Positions 10,099 to 30,694 of a stretch of 64,000 nucleotides of DNA are shown here, one piece after another; position 1 is the stretch's first letter, and each line of letters begins with the position of its first letter. The stretch covers positions 17,424,001 to 17,488,000 of the forward strand of contig CM097885.1 in assembly GCA_044892525.1 (NCBI GenBank), written 5' to 3'. Below the pieces are notes generated by a model, which saw only the letters and a list, made by a program, of their open reading frames with translations, was not told the DNA's origin and did not search any database. This stretch comes from Schmidtea polychroa (Eukaryota). The translations under genes were made by a program, and so were the position numbers.

Positions 10099-13000
10099 TC
10101 AGTAATCTTCTTCATCAAAATTGTCGTCATCATCATATATAAAAGTGTCCCCTACTCGATAATGCCCATATGCCAAACTCTTGTTTTTCGATTTCCAATA
10201 CCGCTTGTCATCTCTATTTGTAAGCGCCTTCTTAATGTTTTTTATGCTGTACAATTGATGATTTTTGGATGCAAGGTGGAATTGTGGTACAGAGTAAAAT
10301 AACAATCACGATAGGAATTGTGATCTAAGCCAGTATCTTTCAACGTGACAGATTTTGCTTTAAGAGTTTCTTTATCACCTAATAAGCTGTAACACTTGGG
10401 ACGAAGAAACACCCACTCCTTATAACTCAATCCTTTATTCTCGTCTTTAAAATTTCTATTGACGGAATCTAGTGCTCTACTATATAAAGGATGTGGGTTA
10501 TAATTAGATGTGTCGAGCAAGGAGTCACGAATCATGGCAGGTAAGAGAATGTCAAGACTACAGTGTTTAATTTCCAAAAGGAAAGAGTCTGTATCACTAG
10601 CTACTATATTAATTTGACAGTTAAACTCATCGCGATATTTTTGCAATTCATTATACTGCAATTGATACATTCTGAGTTTAGAAAGATCAAGTACAGTTTG
10701 CCCGATGTAGCTGGGCCTATCTAAACATACAGACTCTTTCCTAAGCAAAATCGAAATCAAATCATCGTCTATCCTAGTAGATTTCCTAAATACCGGTTTT
10801 GAGGCATATGTGATAAGTTTTTGTGCTTAATTGCACAGTCTTAAGTTGATACGTTTTTTCAAGTTCTCAACAGTCTTTCCATACAAACTATTATTGAGCA
10901 ACTTGTAATAGTCTTTATCGAGCAGTGTTGTGGATGCGGTTGGTATCTATGTATTTCTTGAAGACAGTGCTTTGTGTATACCTAATAGCCCTATGTACCT
11001 TGGTAACAACAACACCTAACTGTAGAAAGATTTGGAGAAGTCGCCAATGGAGAACATAATGTGTTTTCGGATCGTGTGTAAGTAGCAACTTCTCCACTTT
11101 AGAAAAGGTGGACACATCTTACCAGGAGCTACCGGAAAATCATCTAGTTTGTCATGGATAGATTTCGGTATTTTTAAATCTACTTCTATAGTATAGCCAT
11201 AATCAAGTTGATTTAAATCTGTTGTTGTTCACTCAATTAATAATCTCTCTAAAGCAGTGTCATCAGTCACCCATTCAAAACCACCGTCGGGAAGCTTTTG
11301 TGATAAAGCCCATCCATACAGTTTGTTGATGTCAATATACAACAACTCTGTATTTTCATCACTACTAACAAAATGTTTATTCACAAAAGTTATCCCACCT
11401 CTTATCCAACCTTCAAAGAAATAATACATTTCCATGTCGGTGAGAAGCTCAATCGGTTTATCAAGACTTAACAAAGCAGAACTCCAAGAAAGACTGGAGA
11501 TACCTAGGAAATTCAAAGTTCAAGCCTATTATGAGCAATACTCTTAGCTCGAAATTGCTGAAAAAAGTCAGCCAACAGAAATACATCTAATTTCAAATAG
11601 ACCATCATATAATCCAAAAGAGAATTACATGATGTCTCTTGCCAGATTAATTTTGCTTTATTGTATTCATCATCGGATACATCACTCCATTTAGAGGGTA
11701 ATTCTAATGTTGATCTTAATACATCAAGGGAAGTTGCTACATCATAAGGGAAAATCCCTTTACTGTTAATAATAGACCCTCTAAATTCAGATTCTGCCAA
11801 AGGTAATGTGTTAAGGGTTGAGACAGCATTTTTTAAAGACGAATTTACAAACTGACAAGGATCTATAAATTTCACAGTCAGGGAATCAATATGCACAAAA
11901 AGAGATAAATATTTTTCACTTGTCACCGGTATACAAGAAATACGCCAGGACTTGTATTTAGCCAAGCCAAATTTGAGGATATGATGGAGATCATACCCTC
12001 TCAAATTATGAAAGACTACAGGTAGTGTGTGGTATATTTTTCTGGAAAGATTACAAGTGTTGCAAGCAGCACCAAGGAATTTACCGGTAAAGTGATCATG
12101 ATCCCTGACTGGATTAACTAATAATTTTTTACACAAATGACAGTTTGTGCTGTTGTTAAAATTAATTTGATCATTTTCTGTGAATATCATTTTCTTATTT
12201 TTATCATTATAATAATAGGGATTTACAATCTTTTTAGCGATATCATTAATTTCTTTTAAAAATTCGTCTTTACAAGAAAGGCCTATGAATGATTTATAAA
12301 ATTTTACATAAAAGTACAGCGGAAATGGGTAAATGTTTCTGATAATATTTAGAATCTTTAGGAAGGATTGCCTCAAAATCGGCATAAATAACAAAAGGAG
12401 GAGTAATCATTTTACTATAGTCTGTGAATTCTAATAATGGACCTTTGGGTAGAGTGTACATTGTGGTTCTTAATTGGTTTCGTTCACAAAAACCTTGATG
12501 TTTAATAAAACTATCTTCAAATCTGAATCCATTTCGACATCTAGAACACCATTTACAGTAAATACGAACAGAACTTATTGATGAATTTCGGCAATTAAGA
12601 AAGATGTTTAAATCAGATATAGCGACATAATGGTAGGTTTTCCAATTCTGTAATAATAACAAATTTAGACAAGTACCTCCTACTATTTTACTGCGATAAA
12701 TTATATCTATAAAAGGATGTTTCATGATGGGGCCCGAAATTAACCCAGTTTCGTCGTAACTTAAAACATTAATTGAATAACCTGGGTTTTGTCGTTCAAA
12801 TTTCGAGATATTTGATAATTTCATAGGCATATCTGCCGGGTTATATATCAGATCTGAAAGGTTATAAGAACTAGGCAGATAACGCAATTCATCAGGAGTA
12901 CTATCATATTTTATAAGAGCCAAAACCGAGTAAAGGAAACAAAATTCGTCATCATTATTTACATTTATTATACATTTTTTCCTGATTAATGTTTTCGGGG

Positions 13001-13439
13001 TTTCAATATATTAACGACCACTCAACCTACTAATCTTTGAATATTTTGTCACAATAAAACTAATGTATTATATTTTGTTGATGGTCAAATTACTTCCCTT
13101 TTCATTAATTTTACTAATTTTCTCATTTAAAAGAGAGATACCATCATCAATAAATGTGTCGCTCCATACACGACCAGAGTTTGAGATTATGAAAGACTGA
13201 AATTCATCATTTTTCTTAAACTCTACTTTAATACAAAATTGAATTTTTACTGATTTCATTTTATTTACAATTTCTAACAATTTTTCTATGAGAACATCAG
13301 GAACAGAAAGAATTTTACAATTCAAGGAAGATATATCCAACTTAACTATTGCATGGGAACTATTCAGGTCGGAAACTACGTCGACTATACCACTACCTAC
13401 TTGGGGTACAACATCACTATTTTCAAATTCACTATTCAC
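10099..13439 (-). pseudogene. Protein-primed family-B DNA polymerase of Polinton/Maverick/adintovirus type with an inserted endonuclease VII-like domain, disrupted by several stops and frameshifts
   Basis: Motifs in order across frames: INVNNDDEFCFLYSVLA, KFERQNPGYSINV, exoI YADFE, CHLC...VRDHDHFTGKFLGAACNTCNL (EndoVII-like), exoII FHNLRGYD, KGIFPYD, exoIII YLKLDVFLLAD, IRGG, motif A YIDINKLYGWAL, motif B KLLNNSLYGKTVEN (about 10865-10905), motif C SDTDS, LRPKCYS, ALTNRDDKRY. Confidence 0.93.
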
Positions 13440-13847
13440 TAAATTTTATTTATTTTTTGTACGTTTTTGGACTTATCAAAACGGCCATAACCCAAAACAC
13501 AGATTTACCAGAAACAGTAGCAATCGAAACTAAATTTTCTTCTACTTAACTAATCAAAAATAATTTTATTCATGTCAATAACTAATAATTAAATTTTAAA
13601 ATAAAATTTTGTCATTCATAAAACACAATGCGAAATAATAATGTTGTTAAAATTGAAAAGACTCTAATCCTATATCATATTTTCTTTCTTAACAATAAGC
13701 TAGTTATTACCAGATTAAATGTAATATTATTTAAAAATAAAACTTCGATAATGTAAAACTACCGCATATAGTTAGATTAATATTTGTTTAAATAATCGAT
13801 TCCTTTTTCTTAATTAATTTTTCAATAAAGTTAAATCTATATGAATA

Positions 13848-15551
13848 ATGACAAGCTATTTCAAGGATTCTAAGTTAATTAAATGTAATTCGAAGTATGA
13901 AGTTTATGCCTTTGAAGTTGTTAATGATTTGTATGAAATTTTTATTTCAAATTCTATAAATCAAATAGATATTGATTTTGGCCATAATGTAAGTTAACGA
14001 TATTTATGATTTTAAATTTATATAAATAAAATTCAAAGATTATAAGAATACCAGATGGTAAAGATAGTGTCTTCAGTTTGTCTACTGACAAATGTCATTC
14101 TAATGAAATTCTAATTAATGTTGATAGAAAGTAAGAAATTATTTATGATAGAAATTCCTCCTTATTTTAATTAAAATTTCTCAAGTAACAATTTATTAAA
14201 TAATTTGGGAAAATTGAAAGAAAGAATTATTGTCAAAGAAAATTACCAATTAAACGTTATTAACAAAAGAAAAATTAATTCAGATTTATTTAATGACAAT
14301 CATCCTTCTGTCAAAAAACCATTTATTGAGCAGCCAAATGATAATGATGCTGGTTCGAGATTGAGTACTCGACCAAAAGCGGCAACATCTTTTTCAATGA
14401 AAACTAAAATAAGCGTTTTGGATGAATTAAAATTAGGCAAATCTATAAAACATATTTCTAACGCGTTAAATATTTCGGAAAATAAAATAAAAGAATTTCA
14501 GTCAAAAGAAAGCGAAATTCGTAGACAGTATCACGAATCTGTGAATGAGCGAGTGGAATTGAATAATTCTTCATCACAACCGCCGATTGCTAAACAAATT
14601 ACATCAGAAAAGCAAAATGTCAAATCAAGCGTAAAGACAAACAAATATCAGCCTAATTTACGTAAAAGTACTGAAATATCTCCACAAGATTCGGCTAAAT
14701 GTGTTTTGAATTTGGATTTTGAATTAACAAGGGAGAATGGTAAATTATTATTTAGTGAATCCCTCAAGAGAACATCAGTTGATTTGCCGAACTTCAGTTT
14801 CCAATTGCCAAAAGATCATCCAGATATCCCTAAACCCGATTTGTTACATCCGACTAATCTGACGCAAGCCTCAATAAACAATCCTATAAAGAAGCCACCA
14901 ACAGATCTGAAGAACAGTTCCTCGAATCCTCTATTTCCAGTAAAAGAAAAAATTGTGAAAAAGGCACCGGAAATAGGAAATGCCACTGTTCAAGAATCAA
15001 ATAAACCGCTACAGGCGGCAAAGAAACCGCTACTGATGGAAAAGACACCGCTACTGATGGAAAAGAAACCACCAGTGATGGAAAAGAAACCACCAGTGAT
15101 GGAAAAGAAACCACCAGTGATGGAAAAGAAACCACCAGTGATGGAAAAGCTACCACAAGTGGAAATAAAGCCGTCAAATGCAGTAGAAACCACCAGAAAG
15201 AGACCGAACAAAAGTCCTGAACCAATAAATGATAACTATATTAGAATCAATAAACATTATCCAACAGACCCAGTCGGGAAAATCCAACAAAAACAGCCAA
15301 TGACAAAAGCTAAATCATCAACAAATCAATACAAGCCACCAAATATCCCGTCACCGTTCAGATATGTTGTACTCGATCCTAGTGCCACCGATTTTGTGCC
15401 ATCAGAAAATGTCGATCCTGATCTCAAGTACAGCTTTAATTATATTAATATTATTATTGTAATTTTTATTATTATTTATTTTAATCAATTAATTTTATTA
15501 TTTTATCAATTGGTTTTATTATCAATTATGTCATTAAGTTTTTTAATTTAA
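13848..15551 (+). CDS. Spliced gene head-to-head with PolB; psq/CENP-B-N-like HTH plus 7-aa MEKKPPV repeats; 3' end uncertain
   Basis: Exons 13848-13988, 14039-14130 and 14186 onward join in frame through GT-AG introns of 50 and 55 bp. SFSMKTKISVLDELKLGKSIKHISNALNISENKIKEF resembles an HTH_psq helix-turn-helix. 21-bp tandem repeat at about 15020-15150. Codons after about 15435 run into AT-rich low-complexity DNA. Confidence 0.65.
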
Positions 15552-16745
15552 TATTTATTATTATTAATGATTATTTTTTATTATTTATTTTAATATTAAT
15601 TATTATTATTATTATTAAATTTTTAAAATTTTATTTTTATATTTATTATTATTATTATTTAATTTTATCAATTATTATCATTATTTTTTCAATTATTGTT
15701 AATAATTTTTTTAATTTTATTTTTAATCAATATTATTTGTTTTTTATCAATCATTGTTAATAATAATTTTTTTATATTTATTTTTATCAATCTAGTGAAA
15801 AAGCTTATCTTACCATTTACTTGTTTAATATTTATATTTATTTTTATTAATTATTATTATCATTTATTTTATCAATTAATTTTATTATAAATTATTTTTT
15901 ATATTTATTTTTATCAATTATTATTAATAATTAGTTTTATATTTAATATTATTAATGAATATTATTATTATTTAATATTTATAAATTATTATCATTATTT
16001 TTTCAATTATTGATAATAATTATTTAATTTTTATTTTTAATCTATATTATTATTTATTTTTGTCAATTATTCTCATTATTTTATCAATTAATTTTATTAA
16101 TTATTTTTATATATATCATTATTATTATTATTAAATTTTATCAATTGATTTTACTTTCAATTTTTGTTATTAATTTTTTAAATTTTATTTTTATATTATT
16201 ATTTAATTTTATCAATCATTATCATTATTTTTTCAATTATTGTTAATAATTATTTAATTTTTATTTTTAATCAATATTATTATTTATTTTTATCAATCAT
16301 TGTTAATAATATTTTTTTTTATATTTATTTTTATCAATTACTCTCATAATTTTATCAATTAATTTTATTATTAATTATTTTTATATTCAATATTATTATA
16401 ATTAATTTTTTTTATCAATTATTCTCATTATTTTATCAATTAATTTTATCAATTATAATCATTATTTTATCAGTCATAATTGATAATTATTTTTATATTT
16501 ATTTTATCAATTAATTTTATTATAAATTATTATTATAAATGGTTTTTTATATTCATTATTAATATCATTATTAAATTTTATCAATTATTATTGTCGTTAT
16601 CAATCTCATGAAAAAGCTTATCTTATCATTTACTTGATTAACGTTTAATTTATGCAGTTACCATGAAACCGTCAATTTAAATTAATCATTTTATACCATA
16701 ATTTTTGTTATTATTATTATTATTATTATTATTTATATTATTTTT
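15435..16745. repeat. Extremely AT-rich low-complexity tract built from TTATCAATTA/ATT variants
   Basis: Direct reading; internal duplicated blocks (for example 15620-15790 versus 16175-16340). Confidence 0.85.
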
Positions 16746-17070
16746 ATTTGTCATATTTAATTATTTTAACGGAAGTTTATCGATAAATTATTTAATTCTA
16801 AATTTCCATAGAAATCTCGAATGTTCTCCTTAACATAATACATAACTTAATTCACCCAAAATTTTACACTATCTTATTGCAACAAAATCGATTTCCGGTA
16901 ATTTTAGCTTTTGCTATGACGATTATTAAGTCGGTTTTTATCCTTATATTGAGGAAGATGTCAACCAAAACGAGAAATGAATAAACAGTTTTGGTGGTAA
17001 ATATTTGTTCTATATTATTATTTTCAATCGAAATTTTTCCATTGTGTTTTATTACTGGCTCCTTAAACAG

Positions 17071-23137
<6,067 letters not shown>

Positions 23138-23874
23138 GTTTTTTATTGAAGAATTATTTTTCCCCCGATGAAAATTTGCTGCCTCAAAATTTTCTTTTTG
23201 TATCTAAAATAACAAATCAATATTTTTGTATTTGATAATTTTTTATTGTAATAATTATGCTTTTTTTCGAGTGCTCAATTTTATCACTAATGTCTAAAAC
23301 GGCGAATAGCAATTACTGTCTAATGGCTTAATTGTGATTTGTAAATTATAATTTTACACAGATTTTTATTCTGTGCATATGTTATATGTAAATATATTAT
23401 ATTTCGGTGCATTTCTAGTGCATCTCTGCATCATATGCTGACTGTTGTTTTGTGTGTTATTTATATTATTATTATTATATTATCATGTTTGCAGTTTTGG
23501 TTAAATGAAGATTATTTTTTATCATTAATTTGAAAAATTGGGTAATTATAAACTTTTTGGAACTGGAAAAAATAAAGTTGTACGATATTGGTGAATTATA
23601 TGCGGCGGGTGTCAAACTTACTTGGCTTTTTAATTTTCATCGATAATGAAGCCAATACCAATGGCTTAGTAATGACAGGATACATTTTGAAACCACCTGA
23701 TGAAACTGTTGCTATATAAATATTTACGAATATTCACATCGCATTATAAATCGTCTCAAGAATGATTCCTGGAAAAAACAACTTATAGACATTTGAATCT
23801 TTCATTTCCAATGCTAATAATTTAATCATCTGGTATAAACGATGAAAACGGCAGTAAATTGATAGTTTTGTGTT

Positions 23875-24150
23875 ATCATCAGTACTATATTTTTTTAATG
23901 TTAGACATCCGTAAAAAATATTTTACACTACAAGTTAAAAATGCTAAATATTTACGGATGCACTTGTAAACAGTTCCTGTGTATGACGGTGTCTCCAGGG
24001 GCGAATATGATTTTTCATACTCCATGTTTACAAGTTTGCAGTTATTTGTTTTCTGTGATTTAGCGAATTTGCAAGTGATGTTATTTCCAGTGTAGCAGGT
24101 AAAGCATGCAATAGAGTTGAATCAGCAATATTGTACACTTATCTGGCGCA
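23875..24150. repeat. Dispersed repeat, with related copies at about 32750-32990 and 48715-48975
   Basis: Shared blocks AATCACATCACTTGCAAATT(A/C)GCTAAA and CGCCAG(G/A)TAAGT(A/G)TACAATATT, in either orientation. Confidence 0.7.
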
Positions 24151-26759
24151 ATATAAAGTTTTAAAAACCATGTTTTTATGGTTGATTGTTTTATATTTCC
24201 TTTTAAACGATACTATTTAATTACTATTTTTATTGCAAACTAAAAACAGTAATTTCTACCATTGTTACGGTTGGACGATAAATAATTATATGACCTCAAA
24301 AGCTGGGGATGGATTTTTGACAAATTTCGGAGTTAAATCTAATTTGACAAATCATATAATAAATTTGGAAATGTTTGATGATTTTTTATTTTGTTTAAAA
24401 GCTTTGATGCTGACAAAGTAAAGGAAATTGGAAAGAAAATAGAAATGAGCCACTAAACCGTAAAAAAGATCTTGACTCAAGTTATAGTGAAGTAAATATA
24501 AAAAATTGTAATTTCTTAACAAAAATTGAAAATGATAGTGATCATAGGAATGAAAAACTAAAGCTTATATATATGATAAATAAAAAAGTTTTATAAAATT
24601 TTCATAATTGAAAGAGATAGAGATATCTGATTAAAAAAGATATTCGAAAATGTTAAGGATGAAACTGCTAAAAGTTGTGAAGAGAAACTTTAAAATGAAA
24701 TTATTTAGATTAATGAGATCAATGCTAGAATTAAATCAGAAATGAGAAAAATATTGATATGTTCATTGGTAATGCTCATGATGATTTACAGCGTCAGTAA
24801 TTACGTATAATAATATACGAAAATTTTAAAATTTATAATTACAAAAATAAAAAAAAATATTACAAATATAAAAAAACTAATTCTAACCAATAAAATATGC
24901 ATATGTATATGTATAGACACATTTTCGGTAGAATTACCATCAAAGAGTGTAAATGTATATGCCAAAATTGCTCAACATTTTACTTTTGCAAATCCATAGA
25001 AAATCGTAAGTAGTTTTATCATTTTGTAATTTAATGTTATCAGTTTATTAAATCTTTCATTAAAGTAATCGTTTTATGCTTTCTTTTTCGTCATTTCATG
25101 TTTTATTGAACACTCGCATTTTTCGGTCCATAGTCATGTTGGGCTAGAACTGATTTCTAAACCCAAAGTTAGGAATGGGACGAAATGTGTCTGTACACAA
25201 CACGCATACCCAGCATTAAGTTTACTTAAATAAAAATATATAAAACACCAAGTAAACAATGATAATAGAGAGATAATATACCCAAAAATAAAACATCTGA
25301 ATTAAAAATAAAATAAAACACGAGCAAGAAGTATTACACGAAAACTTACTCAAATATAACCGAAAGACATAAAACAACAAAAAACAAATTCGAATAAAGG
25401 CGATTAGTAAAAATTAAAAAAGAAAATTAAAGAAAATCTTCATAAAATCTTACGTAAAGAAAATTATATCGATATTTTGAATAAAAATCCAGAACAATTC
25501 ATAAAAATGGCGAAATCCATCATGACCGCCAAACGACCCAATAAAATTTATAAAAAATAAATATTTTAGTTTAAAAAATAAATATTTTAGAAAAGAAATC
25601 ATAAAAAACAATTTAAAAATAAGAAATAGATTAAATTTAGCATGGAATGTTCTGGAAATGCTGAAATCCATCATGGAGGCAAATTTAATAAAAAATAATT
25701 CGAAAATAAAATTTCAAAAATAAAAACAAAAATTCTTACTGAAAAATCGCCATCAAAATCGATAAAAATTAAAAATCGAATGTTCGAGAATTAAAATAAT
25801 CTGAATTTGTTTTACTGCATCAATGCACGCATGTATACTTACACGTCAAACAGAGGCTATATAAACTAACACATTTCGTCACTTTGGAAGCAAGGAAAAA
25901 AAAATGCAAATGAATATTTTTACTCTTATGCCAAATTTTTGGTTTTGATTTTTCTGATATTGTAGGTAAGGACGATTTCATTGTGAATTATAAATTATTA
26001 TTATTGAAAGCTGGTTTTCATTATTTCTTTTTAACTATAGAAATGTAGGTTTGAGTGAGATCGTCGGTTATCATTGATTTTGAAGCGAGATCCCAGCCAA
26101 CCCTGCACCTATGCACTTTATCATCGATGAGTACACAGTTCACAATGATTGCAGGCCACTGCCTGGCACGCACTTATCAATATTATTGGTTTCCTTTTGT
26201 TCAGTCATCGGAGGTCGGCCACTTCATGGTTCTACCATGGAGTTGTGTCGATAAAACCCCTCCGCTATGGCTCCATATATTTATTTATCGGTCGACAGCG
26301 ATGTTTCGACTCCACACAACAGTAAGGTTTGTCGTAGTGGTCACAGTGGGGCCGTGAAAGCAAACACTCTTCCCGACTTTCAATGCATGAATAATTTACA
26401 TAGTTAAAATCTACATCCAAAATCATCACAATACAATACACTAAGGTTAATAAACAGAGTAGATCTCAGACCTAAATTAATCACAACTCTACAATTCACA
26501 ATTAATGTAGACGGTTAAATATCATCAAGAACCAACTCTACCTATACGTTTGTCGAATCTAGATTTATAAATGTCGTAAATAAATTTTCTAGTAATAGTG
26601 TAAAGTAAAGATTGTTTAAAAATGATTGATTTAGTAGTGATAGTATTCATAAAGGTGTTCGACATGCGCATCAGCAAGACTTGGATTTTAAATTGAATAG
26701 ACTCTAAACTAACTATAAAAATTCAAATCGTAAACCCATAACAGTATAAATTATCCTCT

Positions 26760-27410
26760 CAATTTCATAAAAATGTGAATTATACTTATAGATTTAATTT
26801 CTTCAAAATATAAATTATGATTAGTTATAAAGGTATAAATTATAAATTTAATTTCTTGAAATTATAAATTACAAATTTGTATTGACGATAAAAATTATAA
26901 ATTATAACTCTAAGTTAATTATAAAAGTATAAATTATAATCTTAACTTCATAAAAATATAAATTATAAAATTATATTAGCTTTGGAAATATAAACTATAA
27001 ATTGAACTTCACCAAATATAAATTATAAACTTAAAAGTATAAATTATAAAATTATATGGGCTCTAAAATATAAACTATAAATTTAACTTCATAAAAATAT
27101 AAATTATAAAATTATATTAGCTTTAAAATATAAACTATAAATTTAACTTCATAAAAATATAAATTATAAAATTATATTAGCTTTAAAATATAAACTATAA
27201 ATTTAACTTAACTTCATAAAATATAAATTATAAACTCAAAAGTATAAATTATAAAATTATATTAGCTTTAAAAACATAAACTATAAATTTAATTTCATAA
27301 AAATATAAATTATAAACTTATATTAGCTGAAAGACTATAAATTATAATCTTAATTTGGTCATAAAAGTATAAAATATAAACTACGTTAGCGATAAAAATA
27401 TAATCTATAA
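26760..27410. repeat. TATAAATTATAAA-based minisatellite within the LTR-like element (counterpart at about 3100-3400)
   Basis: Includes near-identical 60-bp units at 27061-27240. Confidence 0.85.
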
Positions 27411-28135
27411 AAAGTTGTAAATATTTTATAAATACCCCCCCCCCCAAGTTACGTAATGGTCGAAACAAATGTCCAGATTCATAATCTAACTTATATATGT
27501 ATATTTGAAACTTATAAAAGTATAACTTACCTTTTTCATGAGTACCCCCCCCCCCCTCAAACTATACATTAGTCGAGAACAATATATATAGCAATAAATT
27601 AACTTAATTATTGTCTAATTATTGTCTAATTAATTATTGTCTAAATACATTAATACATTATCTTTACGATATAAATTTGGAAATTTTGATAAATGACCCC
27701 CCCTTAATTCATATAACCATTAACCACTACCTGATGCACTAATTTAGACTATTTAATATATATGCTTAACTTAGATTACCTTTAAAATTATAGTTGAAAA
27801 ATTTTCATCAAAGACCCCCACAAACCATATAGTCATCAACTACCACCTAAATATACTAAATTAGCTTATCTTAATATACATTTAACTTATATTATATTTT
27901 AAAATATAAATTGAAAATTTTCATAAATGACCCCCCTTCAAATCATGTAGCCATTAACTATTCCTTAGGTATACTGAATTATATCATCTTCGTATAGAGT
28001 TAAATTATATTTCAAACCAAAAAAAAATAATTCCATAATTTTTCGTAAATGATTCCCCCCATATGTGGTAATCTTGTAAAAATATAAACTTACATTTATT
28101 ATTATTATTAACATTATTATTATTATCGTTATTAA

Positions 28136-28176
<41 letters not shown>

Positions 28177-28839
28177 TATTAAAATAATTATCTTTATTCC
28201 ATGAAAATAAAATTATAAACCAAATTATTGATTTTGGGATTCCCCTATCTCTAAATTTAGCTTTAATGGCCCTATCTTCCAATAAAATTATGGAAAATCA
28301 CTAAAATCTATTTTTAGTAACAACCCCCCCCCCCGGAAAACGACATCAATATTATTAATTTAAATTATATCCATATATTTATATAGGTGTGGGTGTATGT
28401 GTATACGTATATATATATGTGGATGTGTGTATGTATATATAGATTTAGAAAATATCAAATACCATAATCTTCCCTTCATGACCCATGTGGAATAATTTCC
28501 ACAACCCCTTTAAAGTAATAAAGATAGAATAATTTATAAGAATTATGGACAAAATTACGTTCAAATCAAATCAAAAGACAAAACCCAATGGTAAACTAAA
28601 TTTATTAAGTTCAATTACCAAATTTATTTACATCATTGTCTCTTTGAATCATATTCATACCAAAAAGTCCTTCGAGCTCAGTTGATGGACCATCCCGATG
28701 AAATACATTTCCTGGGGTTGGAAAATGGAAAACTTATATTAAAATATCTTTCAGAATTTCTTTTAGATTTCCACAATTAAATAATTCCAAATTATTTCTC
28801 ACAAATATATTCGATCAAAAAGAATTTTAACATTTTATT

Positions 28840-29510
28840 TAATTACAACATCCTGAATAAAAACTTTGCTTGGCTGCTTTAAGATCATAAATGGGCATTT
28901 TTCATTTATTAATCGGATAAAATCGGTTTTTTCTGTACAACCTTTACATTCTTCACCCCAGCTTTCTAATATTTTTTGAGATCTTTAACGCAAGCTTTGT
29001 TTAGATTAATACCAGTAAGATCAATAGGTTTGTCTGAAAAATAGTTGAATTAATATTTAAAATCTTAACTGAACATACCATATTTTAATTCACAAATTTG
29101 TGAATCCATTGCTTTTAGTTTTTCAGACTTTTTCAGCGGGCATAACCCAACTCAAAGGCTGAGACAAGTGTTTTACAATATATGCAGTAGATGTTACCAA
29201 TCCTCCAATATAATAACACTAAAAATAAATTACAATTTTATAGTAATCCGTTATAATACCTTACCAGACTTTATTCTTTTCCTTTACTTGTTTTGCTCAT
29301 CTTTTTGAATTTATTTTCAATATTTTCGATATTTGTACTTTCATCTCCATCTAGACTATCTTTCAGGCGTCTCACAAACTTAACACAAACTGAACAATTT
29401 TTAAATATAATAAAAATAAGTGCCAAATACCTTCGCAATTATTTTCATTAACTGTAGCTGACATTACATAGTAAACAATGATTAAAAAAAAAAACTGATA
29501 AAATTTTCAT
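28840..29510 (-). pseudogene. MANF: MANF/ARMET (mesencephalic astrocyte-derived neurotrophic factor) unprocessed pseudogene, four exons
   Basis: Exons 29510-29431, 29389-29265, 29218-29079 and 29033-about 28840 with 41-46 bp GT-AG introns. They translate to signal peptide + NCEVCVKFV...GKE*SLCYYIGG...[64 protein letters not shown], matching the MANF saposin-like and SAP-like (CKGC) domains. Contains a stop and frameshifts. Confidence 0.92.
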
Positions 29511-30694
29511 TGCAAAATATTACTAATATATAAAAAAAATGGTTTGTTAAAAAGAAAATATTTCAAATTATCAAAATTATGTTAATTATAAATAGGTGAT
29601 TTAAACACCTGGGATTAATATTTTAATTCACAAATTTGTGAATCCATTGCTTTTAGTTTTTCAGACTTTTTCAGCGGGCATAACCCAACTCAAAGGCTGA
29701 GACAAATGTTTTACAATATATGCAGTAGATGTTACCAATCCTCCAATATAATAACACTAAAAATAAATTACAATTTTATAGTAATCCGTTATAATACCTT
29801 ACCAGACTTTATTCTTTTCCTTTACTTGTTTTGCTCATCTTTTTGAATTTATTTTCAATATTTTCGATATTTGTACTTTCATCTCCATCTAGACTATCTT
29901 TCAGGCGTCTCACAAACTTAACACAAACTGAACAATTTTTAAATATAATAAAAATAAGTGCCAAATACCTTCGCAATTATTTTCATTAACTGTAGCTGAC
30001 ATTACATAGTAAACAATGATTAAAAAAAAAAACTGATAAAATTTTCATTGCAAAATATTACTAATATATAAAAAAAATGGTTTGTTAAAAAGAAAATATT
30101 TCAAATTATCAAAATTATGTTAATTATAAATAGGTGATTTAAACACCTGGGATTAATATTTTAATTCACAAATTTGTGAATCCATTGCTTTTAGTTTTTC
30201 AGACTTTTTCAGCGGGCATAACCCAACTCAAAGGCTGAGACAAATGTTTTACAATATATGCAGTAGATGTTACCAATCCTCCAATATAATAACACTAAAA
30301 ATAAATTACAATTTTATAGTAATCCGTTATAATACCTTACCAGACTTTATTCTTTTCCTTTACTTGTTTTGCTCATCTTTTTGAATTTATTTTCAATATT
30401 TTCGATATTTGTACTTTCATCTCCATCTAGACTATCTTTCAGGCGTCTCACAAACTTAACACAAACTGAACAATTTTTAAATATAATAAAAATAAGTGCC
30501 AAATACCTTCGCAATTATTTTCATTAACTGTAGCTGACATTACATAGTAAACAATGATTAAAAAAAAAAACTGATAAAATTTTCATTGCAAAATATTACT
30601 AATATATAAAAAAAATGGTTTGTTAAAAAGAAAATATTTCAAATTATCAAAATTATGTTAATTATAAATAGGTGATTTAAACACCTGGGATTAA
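29081..30694. repeat. Three near-identical 538-bp tandem units containing MANF exons 1-3
   Basis: Units start at 29081, 29619 and 30157 (TATTTTAATTCACAAATTTGTGAATCC) and differ at very few positions. Confidence 0.95.
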
